In this document: positions 27,360-38,017 of the stretch, piece after piece
How positions within the stretch are numbered: the first letter of the stretch is position 1
Layout of the letters: every line of letters begins with the position of its first letter
Assembly: GCA_963836075.1 (NCBI GenBank)
Contig: CAWIIB010000009.1
Coordinates: 2,848,001 to 2,912,000 of the forward strand
Source of the DNA: an uncultured Acidobacteriota bacterium
GTDB taxonomy: Bacteria > Acidobacteriota > JAQAZP01
Direction: 5' to 3'
Length of the DNA stretch: 64,000 nucleotides
The notes under the pieces: generated by a model
What the model was told of the DNA's origin: nothing
The model's input: only the letters and a program-made list of their open reading frames with translations
Database searches by the model: none
Position numbers and translations under genes: made by a program

Positions 27360-28839
27360 GTCCCCGAGCATCCTTACGGCGATCACCAGCAGCGCAGTGA
27401 ACAGTGTGCTGCTGCTGCTGATTATTGCACTGGCCGTATCGGTCCTGCTGCTGTTGATCCGGTCCCGGTTCCGGATTCCGGGGAACCAGTTGCTGCTGGC
27501 CGGCCTGGCCATCTTCCTGCCGGTGATGAACCCGTCCAACCTGGGCGCCAAGGCCGGCAGCGGGGGGGGGAGTGTCCTCTCGGTGAACCTCAGCTGTGCC
27601 GACCTGCTGGTGGCCCCGGCGGTGCTCTACATCCTCTACCGTTTGATCAGCCGGGACAAACCGCTGCAGCTCCCGCTGATCGGCATCCTGGCCAGCTATT
27701 TCGTGATGGCCATCGTCTCGCTCTACGTGGGGAGCGTGAAGCTGGAACAGGAGTTTATCAAGGGTTCGCATTTTGTGGACATGGCAAAGGTCATGGCGGT
27801 GATGATCTACTTCTACGTGATCATCAATCTCCTCGATACGATGAAAGATCTGAAGGTGTTTCTCAGGGCCTGGGCCTACACCGCGCCGGTGATCGCGTTG
27901 ATCGGTATCGCCGGGTCACTGCTCTTCCTTCTCTTCCATGTCAGCACCTTTGCCGCCGGGGGGTTCAGGGCCAGCAGCACCCTGGGGAACCCCAACCTGC
28001 TTTCGGGCTACGTGGTGCTCTCCATCTTCATCACGTCGTTGTACATGCAGTTGGGCGGGAAACGCCTGCACTGCAGCCTCTTTATCCTGATCCACCTGAC
28101 GGCACTGACCCTCACTTCCTCCAAGGGCGGCATGCTGGCACTCTGTGCCGGCGGGGCAACATTCTTCCTGCTTACCCCCGAATACCGGCGCAAGATCGTG
28201 GCTGTCCTGGCGCTGGCCCTGCTGGTGATGGTGACGACCTATTTTGTCAGCGACCAGGCCCGTCCGATTTTCGACCGCTTCCTCTCCATCGGGGGGCCGG
28301 AGGAGAGTTCGTCCATCGGCAAGCGGGTGTCGCTCTGGACCGAGTCGCTGGAGGTCTGGGAGGAGAACATTCTGCTCGGGGTGGGGAAGGGCAACTCCCA
28401 CGCCGCCGCCGATGGTGATTCCGAGCCCGTGGTGGGGAGGGGGAAGTGGAAGGACATCCTCACCGACGGGGTTGAGCGGGGCGGCGGGGTCAGCCACTCG
28501 ATCTATGTTTCCATACTCTGTGAGAACGGTCTGATCGGGTTCATTCTCTTCATGGGGATCTTCCTCTATTTTATCATCACCCTGTTCAAAGAAATCTGGG
28601 TCGGCCAGCCGGGCAGCACCGAGGTCGCTGCCCGGGTTTTCCTGCTGGCGGCGCTTCTCGCCTCCCTGGCCCAGGGTACGGTGACCAACGTGGAGGACTT
28701 CAGGGGGCTGTGGGTCCTTCTGGCCCTGATCTGGGTGGTTTCCAAAAAGGTCATGCTCATTCATCCCCGGTCATCGAACCGGAGACCGGTTTCGGAGTCT
28801 TCGCCAAGGCTTCATCACAAGGAGGCGGCTCCCGCTTAG
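27352..28839 (+). CDS. O-antigen ligase/Wzy-like polymerase
   Basis: RASSTLGNPN, LTSSKGG, R..LW..., LGVGKGN, HSIY...ENGLIG (Wzy_C motif). Confidence 0.85.
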   Translation: MGRSPSILTAITSSAVNSVLLLLIIALAVSVLLLLIRSRFRIPGNQLLLAGLAIFLPVMNPSNLGAKAGSGGGSVLSVNLSCADLLVAPAVLYILYRLISRDKPLQLPLIGILASYFVMAIVSLYVGSVKLEQEFIKGSHFVDMAKVMAVMIYFYVIINLLDTMKDLKVFLRAWAYTAPVIALIGIAGSLLFLLFHVSTFAAGGFRASSTLGNPNLLSGYVVLSIFITSLYMQLGGKRLHCSLFILIHLTALTLTSSKGGMLALCAGGATFFLLTPEYRRKIVAVLALALLVMVTTYFVSDQARPIFDRFLSIGGPEESSSIGKRVSLWTESLEVWEENILLGVGKGNSHAAADGDSEPVVGRGKWKDILTDGVERGGGVSHSIYVSILCENGLIGFILFMGIFLYFIITLFKEIWVGQPGSTEVAARVFLLAALLASLAQGTVTNVEDFRGLWVLLALIWVVSKKVMLIHPRSSNRRPVSESSPRLHHKEAAPA

Positions 28840-28862
28840 GAACTGACGAGCTGAGGTTGATC

Positions 28863-31160
28863 ATGCTTAAACATCTCCGAACGACCATGAGCTGGATTCA
28901 GGCGAACTGGCTCGAAGTCCTGCTGCTGGACGTGGCGATCATCGCCATGGCCTGGGTCGGGGCTTTCTGGATACGATTCGACCTGGTCATCGCCCCCCAG
29001 TATGTACGGTGGATGCTCATGGCCCTGCCCGCGGTGATCCTGGTCCGGCTGACCTGCCTCTTTCTCTCCAGGGTCTACTGGGGCGCCATCCGCTTCGCCG
29101 GCGTGGTCGACCTGTGGCGCATCGTGGTGGGGATGACCCTGGGCACGGTGGTCCTGGGGGCCGGTTTCCTGATGTTCGGCATGTGGGGGTTCCCGAGGTC
29201 CATCCTGGTCATCGACTGGCTGCTGGCCCTGCTCGGTATCGGGGGCGTACGGCTCTATTCCCGGCTGATGGGCGAGAAACCGTGGGCCCGGGTCAACAGG
29301 ATGAACCACACCGGTCGCCGGCTGCTGATCGTCGGCGGAGGCCGGAGCGGTGAGATCCTGATTCGCGGGCTGCAGCATCCCAGTCAGCAGCGATTTACCC
29401 CGGTGGGTGTGGTGGATGATGACAAGCATCTTTTGCGCACCCAGATTCACGGAGTCCCGGTCCTGGGAGGCGTGGAGGACATTCCCCACCTGGTCAAGGA
29501 AAAACGGATCAAGGAGATCGTCATCGCCATTCCATCGACCTCGGGCGAGATGCTCTCCCGCATCGTCGACCTCTGCATGGAAGCGGGGCGCAAGCCGAAG
29601 ATCGCCCGGGACATGGGCACCCTGATCCACTCCCACGGCAGCAATGTCGCGATGCGGGATATCCAGGTCGAGGATCTGCTGCGCCGGGAACCGGTGGCCC
29701 TCAATGTGGAAGGTATCGCGAGCTTCATCAGGGGCAAGACCGTCCTGGTCACCGGAGCGGCCGGTTCCATCGGATCGGAGCTCTGCCGGCAGATCATCCG
29801 CTTCGCTCCCCAGCAGCTGATCATGTTCGACCAGCACGAGGAGGGGCTCTACTTCCTCGATATCGAGCTGAAAAAAAATATGGACAACGTGGCGCCGGAC
29901 AGTGCTGTGGTCTGCCTGATCGGCGACATGACCAACCGCAAGACGGTTGAGCGGATGATCGAACAGTACCGTCCCCAGGTGCTTTTCCACGCGGCGGCCT
30001 ACAAACACGTGCCGATGCTGGAGGCCAATCCGGAAGAAGCCGTTCGCAACAATGTCGGCGGCACGGTGATCCTGAGCAGCCTGGCCGCCAAGTATGGCGT
30101 AGAGCGCTTCGTGATGGTCTCCACGGACAAAGCCGTGATGCCCACCAGCATCATGGGTTTGACCAAGCGGCTCTGCGAACTGTTCGTCCTGGCCCTCAAC
30201 GAGCGGACCGATACCCGGTTCATGACCACCCGTTTCGGAAATGTCCTGGGCAGCACCGGCAGCGTCGTGCCCGTGTTCAGGCGCCAGATTCAGGAAGGCG
30301 GGCCGGTGACGGTGACCCATCCGGACATGGTGCGTTATTTCATGACCATTCCCGAGGCGGTCCAGCTGGTGCTCCAGGCGAGCACCATGGGGGAGGGCGG
30401 CGAACTGTTCGTACTGAACATGGGCCAGGAGACCAAGATTGTCGAACTGGCGGAGCAGCTGATCCGGCTTTCCGGTCTGGAACCGTATGAGGATATCCAG
30501 ATCACCTTCACCGGCCTGCGGCCCGGGGAAAAGATGTACGAGCAGTTGTGGGTCGAAGGGGAGATCCCGGTGCCCACCGACCATGACAAGATCTTCACCA
30601 CCCACTCCCACGAGGATCTGTCGGTCGACCTGTTCAAAACGGTCAATGATATCCTGGATGCCGCTGAGCAGTCTGATCGTGGGGAGCTGATGCGCTGCGT
30701 GCTCAAGGTGGTGTCGGACTACCAGCCGGATCTCCACCAGGGGCTGTCGGCGGAGACGCCGTTCAAGCACCAGAGCAAGGTGCTCATCGCCGATGACGAC
30801 CCGGAGCTCCTCACCCTGCTCACCAGGATCCTGGAGGATGACTACGGTGTGATCCCGGCCGACAACGGGGACCTGGCGCTGAAGCGTATCTTCGCCGAGC
30901 TGCCCGACCTGGTCATCCTCGACATCCTGATGCCGGGGCTGAACGGGCACGAGATCTGCGACCGGATCAAGAACCACCCGATCACCCGCAAGGTCCCGGT
31001 AATCATTCTCAGCGGAGTCCGGGAAGTCTCGAGCCGGGTTGCCGGGTACGAAGAGGGGGCGGACCTCTACTTGACCAAGCCGTTCCAGGTCGCCGAACTG
31101 GAAGCCGCCGTAAAGATGCTCCTCGACCAACCGGTGAAGAAGGAACAATCCACCGCCTGA
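28863..31160 (+). CDS. capD: CapD/PglF-type UDP-GlcNAc 4,6-dehydratase fused to a C-terminal response-regulator receiver domain
   Basis: 4 TM, CoA-binding-like domain, TGAAGSIGSE, HAAAYKHVP, STDKAV.PTSIMG.TKR, RFGNVLGS, GLRPGEK; then KVLIADDD...PDLVILDILMP...IILSG...YLTKPF. Confidence 0.92.
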   Translation: MLKHLRTTMSWIQANWLEVLLLDVAIIAMAWVGAFWIRFDLVIAPQYVRWMLMALPAVILVRLTCLFLSRVYWGAIRFAGVVDLWRIVVGMTLGTVVLGAGFLMFGMWGFPRSILVIDWLLALLGIGGVRLYSRLMGEKPWARVNRMNHTGRRLLIVGGGRSGEILIRGLQHPSQQRFTPVGVVDDDKHLLRTQIHGVPVLGGVEDIPHLVKEKRIKEIVIAIPSTSGEMLSRIVDLCMEAGRKPKIARDMGTLIHSHGSNVAMRDIQVEDLLRREPVALNVEGIASFIRGKTVLVTGAAGSIGSELCRQIIRFAPQQLIMFDQHEEGLYFLDIELKKNMDNVAPDSAVVCLIGDMTNRKTVERMIEQYRPQVLFHAAAYKHVPMLEANPEEAVRNNVGGTVILSSLAAKYGVERFVMVSTDKAVMPTSIMGLTKRLCELFVLALNERTDTRFMTTRFGNVLGSTGSVVPVFRRQIQEGGPVTVTHPDMVRYFMTIPEAVQLVLQASTMGEGGELFVLNMGQETKIVELAEQLIRLSGLEPYEDIQITFTGLRPGEKMYEQLWVEGEIPVPTDHDKIFTTHSHEDLSVDLFKTVNDILDAAEQSDRGELMRCVLKVVSDYQPDLHQGLSAETPFKHQSKVLIADDDPELLTLLTRILEDDYGVIPADNGDLALKRIFAELPDLVILDILMPGLNGHEICDRIKNHPITRKVPVIILSGVREVSSRVAGYEEGADLYLTKPFQVAELEAAVKMLLDQPVKKEQSTA

Positions 31161-31187
31161 GCGGCCGCGGTGAGGGAGCAATTGCCG

Positions 31188-31574
31188 ATGGCAGGATTTG
31201 TCAAGTACTGGGGTCCCCCACTGGCCTGGGCCACCCTGATTTTTCTGCTCAGTTCCTCGAGCCTGAAGCACGCTCCCGCACTTGACCAGCCGCTGTCGGA
31301 TAAGGCTGCTCATGCGGTCTTTTTCGGCATTCTGTCCCTGCTGCTCTTCCGCGCTTTTCACCGCGTGGCGGCATTCTCCTGGGGCCGGGCGGCTCTGCTG
31401 GCCGTGGTCATCACGTCGCTCTACGGTGCGCTGGATGAGTATCACCAGTCCTTTGTCCCCATGCGGTCACTGGAGCTGGCTGACTGGGTGGCTGACACCA
31501 TGGGAGCGCTTGTGGTGATGGGGATTGTCGCAATCCGTTGCCGGCAGCGCGACACCCGCTTGGGAACTGATTAG
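31188..31574 (+). CDS. VanZ-family membrane protein
   Basis: DKAAH...FG, YGALDEYHQSFVP.R, DWVADTMG. Confidence 0.88.
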   Translation: MAGFVKYWGPPLAWATLIFLLSSSSLKHAPALDQPLSDKAAHAVFFGILSLLLFRAFHRVAAFSWGRAALLAVVITSLYGALDEYHQSFVPMRSLELADWVADTMGALVVMGIVAIRCRQRDTRLGTD

Positions 31575-31583
31575 TGGAGGCTG

Positions 31584-32753
31584 ATGATGGAAAAACGTCG
31601 AGACACATTTCTCCCCTTTGCCCCGCCATCGCTGGGCGAGGAGGAGGTGGAGGCCGTGGCCGAAACGCTGCGGTCGGGCTGGATCACCACCGGCCCCAAA
31701 ACAAAAGAATTTGAGAAGGCGTTCGCCGAGCGGTTCGGGGCGCCTGACGCCCTGGCACTCAACTCCTGCACCGCCGGCCTGCACATCAGCCTGGTGGCCC
31801 TGGGGATCGGCGCCGGCGACGAGGTCTGTGTCCCGGACATCACCTTCTGTTCCACCGCCAACGTGGTGGTCCACGCGGGGGCTGAACCGGTGCTGGTGGA
31901 CGTGGAGCCGGACACGCTGAATATCGACCCGGACGCCCTGGAGCGTGTGATCACCACCCGTACCCGGGCGGTGATCGCCGTGCACCTTGCCGGGCATCCG
32001 GCGGAGCTGGACCGGCTGCGGGCCATTGCCGGCGACCGGGGGATCCACCTGGTGGAGGATGCGGCCCATGCGGTGGCCTCGTCGTATCGCGGCCGGGCCG
32101 TGGGTTCGTCGGAGAACCTGGCCGCGTTCAGCTTCTATGCCACCAAGAACCTGGCCACCGGGGAGGGTGGGATGCTCACCGGCCACCCGGACCTCATCGA
32201 CCTGGCGCGTCCGCTGTCCCTTCACGGGATGAGCCGAGACGCCTGGAAGCGCTACGACAAGGCCGGCAGCTGGCGTTACAACGTGGCGGCCCCCGGATTC
32301 AAGTACAACATGACCGACATCCAGGCCGCACTGGGCCTCTGCCAGCTCGCGAAACTGGGCTCTTTCCAGCAGCATCGATCGATGCTGGCCGGGCTGTACG
32401 GGGAGGGCTTTTCGGGCTGCGACCTGCTCCAGATGCCGGCCTCCCGGCCGGAAGTCGAACACGCCTGGCACATCTACCTCGTGCGCCTGCGCACCGAGGC
32501 GCTGACCATCGACCGCGACCAGGTGATCGAGGAACTGCGGGAGGCCAACATCGGCACGTCGGTGCACTTCATCCCGCTGCACCTGCACAGCTACTACGCC
32601 GAGCGGTGCGGGGTGTCATCCGCGCAGCTGCCCGTGGCCTCCGCCGCATTCCCCCGGCTGCTCAGCCTGCCCATCCACCCGGGCATGACCCGCGGCGACG
32701 CGGAGCAGGTGGCCGCGACGCTGAGGGATATTCTGGAGCGCAACCGCCGGTGA
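31584..32753 (+). CDS. DegT/DnrJ/EryC1/StrS sugar aminotransferase
   Basis: SGWITTGP, NSCTAGLH, EDAAHA, FSFYATKNLATGEGG, GFKYNMTD. Confidence 0.95.
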   Translation: MMEKRRDTFLPFAPPSLGEEEVEAVAETLRSGWITTGPKTKEFEKAFAERFGAPDALALNSCTAGLHISLVALGIGAGDEVCVPDITFCSTANVVVHAGAEPVLVDVEPDTLNIDPDALERVITTRTRAVIAVHLAGHPAELDRLRAIAGDRGIHLVEDAAHAVASSYRGRAVGSSENLAAFSFYATKNLATGEGGMLTGHPDLIDLARPLSLHGMSRDAWKRYDKAGSWRYNVAAPGFKYNMTDIQAALGLCQLAKLGSFQQHRSMLAGLYGEGFSGCDLLQMPASRPEVEHAWHIYLVRLRTEALTIDRDQVIEELREANIGTSVHFIPLHLHSYYAERCGVSSAQLPVASAAFPRLLSLPIHPGMTRGDAEQVAATLRDILERNRR

Positions 32754-32773
32754 GCGGGGCCCCGGGGGGCCCG

Positions 32774-34759
32774 TTACTGGATGAAAAGGCCGGCTCCGGA
32801 GGCTCCGTCGCCGTACTGATCGTGCACCCAGCCGTCCAGAGAGACCGTGCCGACCAGGGTCCGGAAGAGCCCGGTCCGGCGTGAGCGGATGGCCATGGTG
32901 GCCAGGCCGTCGCTGTTGGTCCGTCCGCTGCGCATCCTGGACTGGCCGTTGGGGTACATCATCTCCGCCGTGACCACTGCGTCGGCCACCGGCAGCCCGG
33001 CGGCATCCACCACCGTCACCTGGGCCAGGATGCTGTATAGCTGTTGCGCCTCGTTGAATACCGAACTCATTGTCGTTCCGGAGACGTGGAGCCGCTGCAG
33101 CGGCGGGTCGACGTACTCGTCAAAGCCCATGTCGGCGGTGGCCACCAGGTCGCCGTCGCCGTCCATGGGCCGCGGGTCCCCTTCCCGGTCCGCCGCGGGA
33201 GCCTCGTCATTGAAACCGCTGTCGATGCCGGGTGATGAGGCGGTCAGACCGAAATCGCCGCCCAGCTGGTCGAAAAACATCGGGTTTGCCGAGAGATTGC
33301 CCGGGCCGGGCACCACGCCGTCTTGCACCAGCGAGTAGCTGACGGTGGCATCGCCACCCGCCAGATCGGACCCGTTGTCCCAGAGGATGCTGTTGGTCAC
33401 CGCAGCCGTGGCCCCTTCCGCCAGCATCAGCCCGCCCCCGGAACCCGTGGCTGAATTCCCGGCGATGGTGCTGTTGAGCAGCCAGGCCGAACCGCCGCTG
33501 ACGCTGATCGCTCCGCCGGTGCCCTCGGCGGCATTCCCGGCCATCAGGCAGTTCGCCAGTTGGGCCAGCGATCCGGCCTCCGTGACCGCGATGCCGGCGC
33601 CATCTCCGCCCTGGGTGGCCAGGTTGCCGGTGACCATCACGCCGTCGAGGGTCGCGCTGCTCTCATCGGCGACGCGCAGGGCACCGCCCAGGGGCGCGAA
33701 GTTACCGCTGATCCGGCCCCCGGAGAAAACGGGTGCGGACGTCTCGTTGGCCATCACGCCGCCGCCGGAGGTGAACCCCTCGTTGTCCTCGATCAGGTTG
33801 CCGCGGAATTCCGGCCTGGACTGGTTGATCCACACCCCGCCGCCCAGGGCCGAACTGTTGTTGGTGATTTCATTGCTCAGCAGCGCCAGGTCGTTCATCT
33901 TGCGGATGTAGACCCCGCCGCCCATCCGGTCGCCGAGGTTGTTGGTGATCGTATTGCCCACCAGGATCACGCTGCAGTAGAGCTTGGTGGCGATGCCGCC
34001 GCCGTGGCGGAGACCGCGGTTCCCGTCGATCAGGTTGTCGGCCACCAGGGCGCTGGAATAGAGCCGCACGGCCACGCCGCCCCCGCCCACCGAGGTGTTG
34101 CCGGTGACCGAGTTGGAGCTGATTTCGCCATAGGTGTGGTCGTCGAAATAGACACCCCCGCCCGCCGAGGTGTAGGGGTCGTCGGTGAAGTTGTCCCGGA
34201 CGTCATTTCCGGTGAAGATCACGTTCGAGGCGCCGGCATAGAACCCGCCGCCCCGCCTGACGGCGTTGTTGGCAGAGATCAGGTTGCCGGTGACCGTGGC
34301 CACGCTGCGCATGAGGTCGATGCCGCCGCCGGAATAGCCGGCCGAATTGCCGCTGATCACGTTGCCGGTGATCAGCACACCGGCGTCGGTGACCGCGATG
34401 CCGCCGCCGTTTTCAGCCAGCCCGTTGGTGATGGTGAAACCGTCGATAACGGCAGTCTCGCCTTCCCCCGGGGCGCGGGCGGCCGGAGGCGCGGAAATGG
34501 TGATAACCGAACCGGCCTGCCCACCGTCGATAATGGTGGCTTCAGGCCCGTCAGCGCTGGTCAGCAGGATGACTTTGCCCTGCAGGTCGACATTTTCCAC
34601 ATATGTGCCGGCGGCCACCAGGATGGTGTCGCCATCGGCCGCAGCCGTGACGGCGGCCTGGATGGTCGGCTGGTCCTGGGGCACCCCGATGGTGTCGGCC
34701 ACGGCGGCCGGCGCCAGCAGCATGAGGAGCAGGGTCAGAATCGCACTGTATCGAGACAT
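32774..34759 (-). CDS. Secreted right-handed beta-helix protein with C-terminal Ig-like domain
   Basis: Signal peptide, VPQDQPTIQAAV...GDTILV, many N.....GGG repeats, SPGIDSG...DGDGD...DMGFDE, C-terminal VTVVDAAGLPVADAVV. Confidence 0.85.
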   Translation of the reverse strand: MSRYSAILTLLLMLLAPAAVADTIGVPQDQPTIQAAVTAAADGDTILVAAGTYVENVDLQGKVILLTSADGPEATIIDGGQAGSVITISAPPAARAPGEGETAVIDGFTITNGLAENGGGIAVTDAGVLITGNVISGNSAGYSGGGIDLMRSVATVTGNLISANNAVRRGGGFYAGASNVIFTGNDVRDNFTDDPYTSAGGGVYFDDHTYGEISSNSVTGNTSVGGGGVAVRLYSSALVADNLIDGNRGLRHGGGIATKLYCSVILVGNTITNNLGDRMGGGVYIRKMNDLALLSNEITNNSSALGGGVWINQSRPEFRGNLIEDNEGFTSGGGVMANETSAPVFSGGRISGNFAPLGGALRVADESSATLDGVMVTGNLATQGGDGAGIAVTEAGSLAQLANCLMAGNAAEGTGGAISVSGGSAWLLNSTIAGNSATGSGGGLMLAEGATAAVTNSILWDNGSDLAGGDATVSYSLVQDGVVPGPGNLSANPMFFDQLGGDFGLTASSPGIDSGFNDEAPAADREGDPRPMDGDGDLVATADMGFDEYVDPPLQRLHVSGTTMSSVFNEAQQLYSILAQVTVVDAAGLPVADAVVTAEMMYPNGQSRMRSGRTNSDGLATMAIRSRRTGLFRTLVGTVSLDGWVHDQYGDGASGAGLFIQ

Positions 34760-34979
34760 TGGTATTCTCCATTGATGTTCTGGTGAGAGAAGGGGGCCGC
34801 CGGTGAAGGGAGAACAACATCGCAGGCCCCTCTATTGCGACATCTAAGTATTGGGAATTACCGGGAATTGGTCAAGTTATTTAGCGGGGAAAAGAAGGGA
34901 AAGAGCAAGGGCGGAGCGCCCGGCACCGCTGGTGCGGCCGGAAAACTCCGCCCTCTCGACCTGGCTGGCCGGGCGCCGA

Positions 34980-36819
34980 TCAGTCCATCAGCTGGTAGCT
35001 CCGGCGCCCGTACGTCCGTCCAATGGCGCCGCGGTAGTCGATATCGCTGGTGTACGGCCAGGACACGTCATCGTAGGAGACACCCGGGGTGTACACCTCG
35101 TTGGCCGACGGGCGGTAGCGGCCCATCATGGTCAGCGGATCGAAGGTGCCTTCATCGATCGCGGCCACATCGAAGCCCGGATCGATCTCCAGGCCCGCCG
35201 TTTCCCAGTCGGTGCCCGACTGGCTGCGGAAATCGGACAGCGAGTAGAACACGCCGCTGCTGCCCCACTGGAAGAACATCGGCATGAATCCCGCACCGTT
35301 GCGCCAGTAGATATTGCCGTTGTACTCCGTTCCCTCGGAGGCCAGCTCGCTGGAGCAGCATATCCGGTCATCGAGCGCGAAAAAGATATTGTTCCGCACC
35401 TGCTTGTGGATGCTGCCGTCCACCACGTTGGGACCGAAGGCGTAGTGTGCGATCCGTCCCTTGCGGGCGATGAAGGTGTTGTTGTAGATCTTCCACTGGG
35501 CTTCGGTGGATCCCTCGTCATGGGAGCCGAAAGGTGTTCCGGCGGACCAGACCGGGTAGCGGTCGTCGCGCCAGCTGCCCACACGGCCCGAGCGGTGGTA
35601 GCCGGTGGAGTCGATGATGTTGTGGTGGATGTAGACCTCACCGCCGGCCTCGTCGTGGGGCAGGATCGAGATGCCCAGCATGGTCTTGTGCAGCAGGTTG
35701 AAACCGATCTCCACGTCCCAGACGTTTCTCAGGACGTCGATGGCGTCGTCCCGGGTATTGTGAAACGTGTTGTGCATCACCCGGGTACCGCTGGAGCCTT
35801 CACGCACGCCGATGCCGTCCATGGTGTTGCTGATGGTGCAGTAACTGATGATGAACCCCGAGAGGTCGCCGTTGATCGCCATGGACTGGAACTCCGGATA
35901 GGCCTCGGCCACGTCCTGCCCCCCGCCCTTGACGTCGGTCCAGTAGACATAGTGCGGCATGCCGTTGTTGAATGTGCAGCGGGTGATGGTGCACTCCCGG
36001 GCACTGCGCACCAGCACACCGTAACGGCCGTGCTGAAAGGTGCAGTCCCGGATGATCAGGTTCCTGGTGTCGTCCCGCAGATCGATGGCGGTGGAGGCGT
36101 GGCGGAAGTCGATGCGGTCGAAGATCACGTGCTGCGCACCGCTGGCCATCACCAGCTGGCCGGACAGGAAAACGGCGATACGGTTCAGCCGCGGGTTGGG
36201 GTTCGCCGGCAGGGGCGGCATCGGGTTCCCGTTGTGATCGGTCTGGTCATTGGGATTCATCACCAGGCGGATATAGATGTGGCAGTCACCCCGCAGTTGC
36301 ACCCCCGGTCCGATATAGAGCGGGTCCGTGCCGTTCAGCGGTCCAAAGTTCGTCGAGTCCATGTTTGCCGCGCTGGAGGACCTGGACCAGGTTTGCGTCG
36401 TCGTCCAGCAGCCAGGCGCCGGCATAACTGCCGTTGTAGGTGCGGGTGCTGCGGTAGAGTTTGAGGTAGCTGTCCACCAGCTCCCAGTCATTGTTTGGCG
36501 CCGTGCTGTATTGCGGCTCGGCGCCGTCGATCACGGCTTGCTCACCCGGATAGGACCTGATGGTGATCGGCGCTTCCTGCGTACCCTGCAGCATGACGAT
36601 GATATCGCTTTCGTAGTAGACACCCCCCCTGAGATAGACTGTGTCCCCCGGCTGCAGGTCGCTCATCACGGCATGCTGGACAGAGTTCCAGGGATTGTTG
36701 AAGGTGCCGCTTCCGGTCTGGTCCGAACCCGTTGGTGACACGTAGAACTGTCCTGCTCCGGCGCACGGGCCGAGGACCAGGGTGAGCATGAGCACCAGCA
36801 ATCCGGGCTTGTACTTCAT
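34980..36819 (-). CDS. Secreted parallel beta-helix protein (polysaccharide lyase-like), split by a frameshift at ~36381
   Basis: ATG 36819 with RBS GAGGAG, FYVSPTGSD..GT..NPW, PGDTVYLRGG.Y, PITIRSYPGE; continues after a +1 shift into ORF 34980-36491 (SSAANMDSTN...DGI, DDAID, IYNNTF, RNNIF). Confidence 0.75.
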
Positions 36820-36914
36820 CAATTCTCCTCTACCTCTTCCGTTGTTATGCACCAGCCCGCGGTCGTGCCGGTCAGGGTTTGGCCGCAGGAAGGCACTGGA
36901 TACATAGATATAGA

Positions 36915-36930
36915 AGCAAGCGATGTACCA
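36915..36930 (-). promoter_or_regulatory. Candidate sigma54 promoter for the beta-helix gene
   Basis: Minus strand TGGTAC-ATCGC-TTGCT; GG(-24) and GC(-12) correctly spaced, about 95 bp upstream of the ATG. Confidence 0.55.
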
Positions 36931-37083
36931 CAGGTGAGGGACGGACATACATGCCTTCAACATGCTGTCAACAAAAGACAAAACGGATTTGCACGGGGCG
37001 GCAAGTCAATTCGGGCCGGGCGTGTGCGAATTCTGGGTGACGGAATTGTAATTCGGAGTCAAAACGGAAACTGGCGGTGGTGG

Positions 37084-37797
37084 TCAGGCCAGCCTGTTCA
37101 GCAGCCTGCGGTAGGCCTTGATCCCATACAGCGCCGGGGACCAGAACAGCATGGGCATCTTCATGCTGAACCGGTATCGAGCGGGCCCCGGACTGCCGTC
37201 CGGCTGTATCTGGCGGACGATGTGGATGTGGAAGAAAACCAGGATCACGATCAGTGTGAACTGCCTGACCATGGAGAAGCCGCACTTGAGAAACAGCTTT
37301 TGCGAGGGGATGTTGACCGGCTCGATGGCCACCTCGATGCGGGTGACTTCGGGCCGCGCCCTGAAGAACTCCACCGTGCGGTAGATCATCAACGTCCCGA
37401 GGCCGGACTTGCGAAACTCTTTCCTGGCCATTCCCCGGTGCAGGTAGGCCGTCCCCGTCTCGATCGGATCCTGTGCGCAGGAGAGGGCGTGGGGTTTTCT
37501 CTTCACCTTGCACCAGTGGTAGTAGACCGGCTCGCCGTCCCGGACAATGTAGTGACCGACCTGCCGCTGGTTGAGGAATTTCCGGAACCGCCTGACGGAC
37601 CGGGCTCCGGGCCAGCGGCTGAGCGCCGGCAAGGCCTCGTCGTCGATGTCGCTGACGTTCAGATCCACCGCATCGGGGGTGATGGGCACCGTGTCCGATT
37701 CCAGATCGAATCGAAAGACCAGTTGTTTGCTGACGGCCGCCAAAGCGGACAGCAGCCGTAACACCAATGCCACGAGGCGGGGTCTGTCCTGTTCCAT
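37084..37797 (-). CDS. GNAT-family acyltransferase
   Basis: EFRKSGLGT motif A and NIPSQKLFLKCGF motif B. Confidence 0.75.
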   Translation of the reverse strand: MEQDRPRLVALVLRLLSALAAVSKQLVFRFDLESDTVPITPDAVDLNVSDIDDEALPALSRWPGARSVRRFRKFLNQRQVGHYIVRDGEPVYYHWCKVKRKPHALSCAQDPIETGTAYLHRGMARKEFRKSGLGTLMIYRTVEFFRARPEVTRIEVAIEPVNIPSQKLFLKCGFSMVRQFTLIVILVFFHIHIVRQIQPDGSPGPARYRFSMKMPMLFWSPALYGIKAYRRLLNRLA

Positions 37798-37925
37798 GTT
37801 CTTCCCGTTGCACTGAGCCGCGTCCCATTGACCCGCTACCTCTTCCAGTCTAGCCCAAAATCCGGGCCGGTTCCAGCGAGTGCCCCGGGGATACGCAGGT
37901 CAGCCCGGAAATTTTTACCGCTTGA

Positions 37926-37934
37926 TGTTACAAT
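37926..37934 (+). promoter_or_regulatory. Candidate extended -10 promoter
   Basis: TG-T-TACAAT about 85 bp upstream of GTG 38018. Confidence 0.35.
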
Positions 37935-38017
37935 CGGACCATAGTATTCAGAGTCGATGCCGTGCAGCCGTGGACCGTACAATTACGGATCGCGGCGGAA
38001 GTTCAGGAGGTCGTCAG

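Noticed and set aside
34908-34954. Hairpin AGGGCGGAG...CTCCGCCCT as a terminator
   Set aside because: The loop is large and the U-tract is interrupted; too weak to call.
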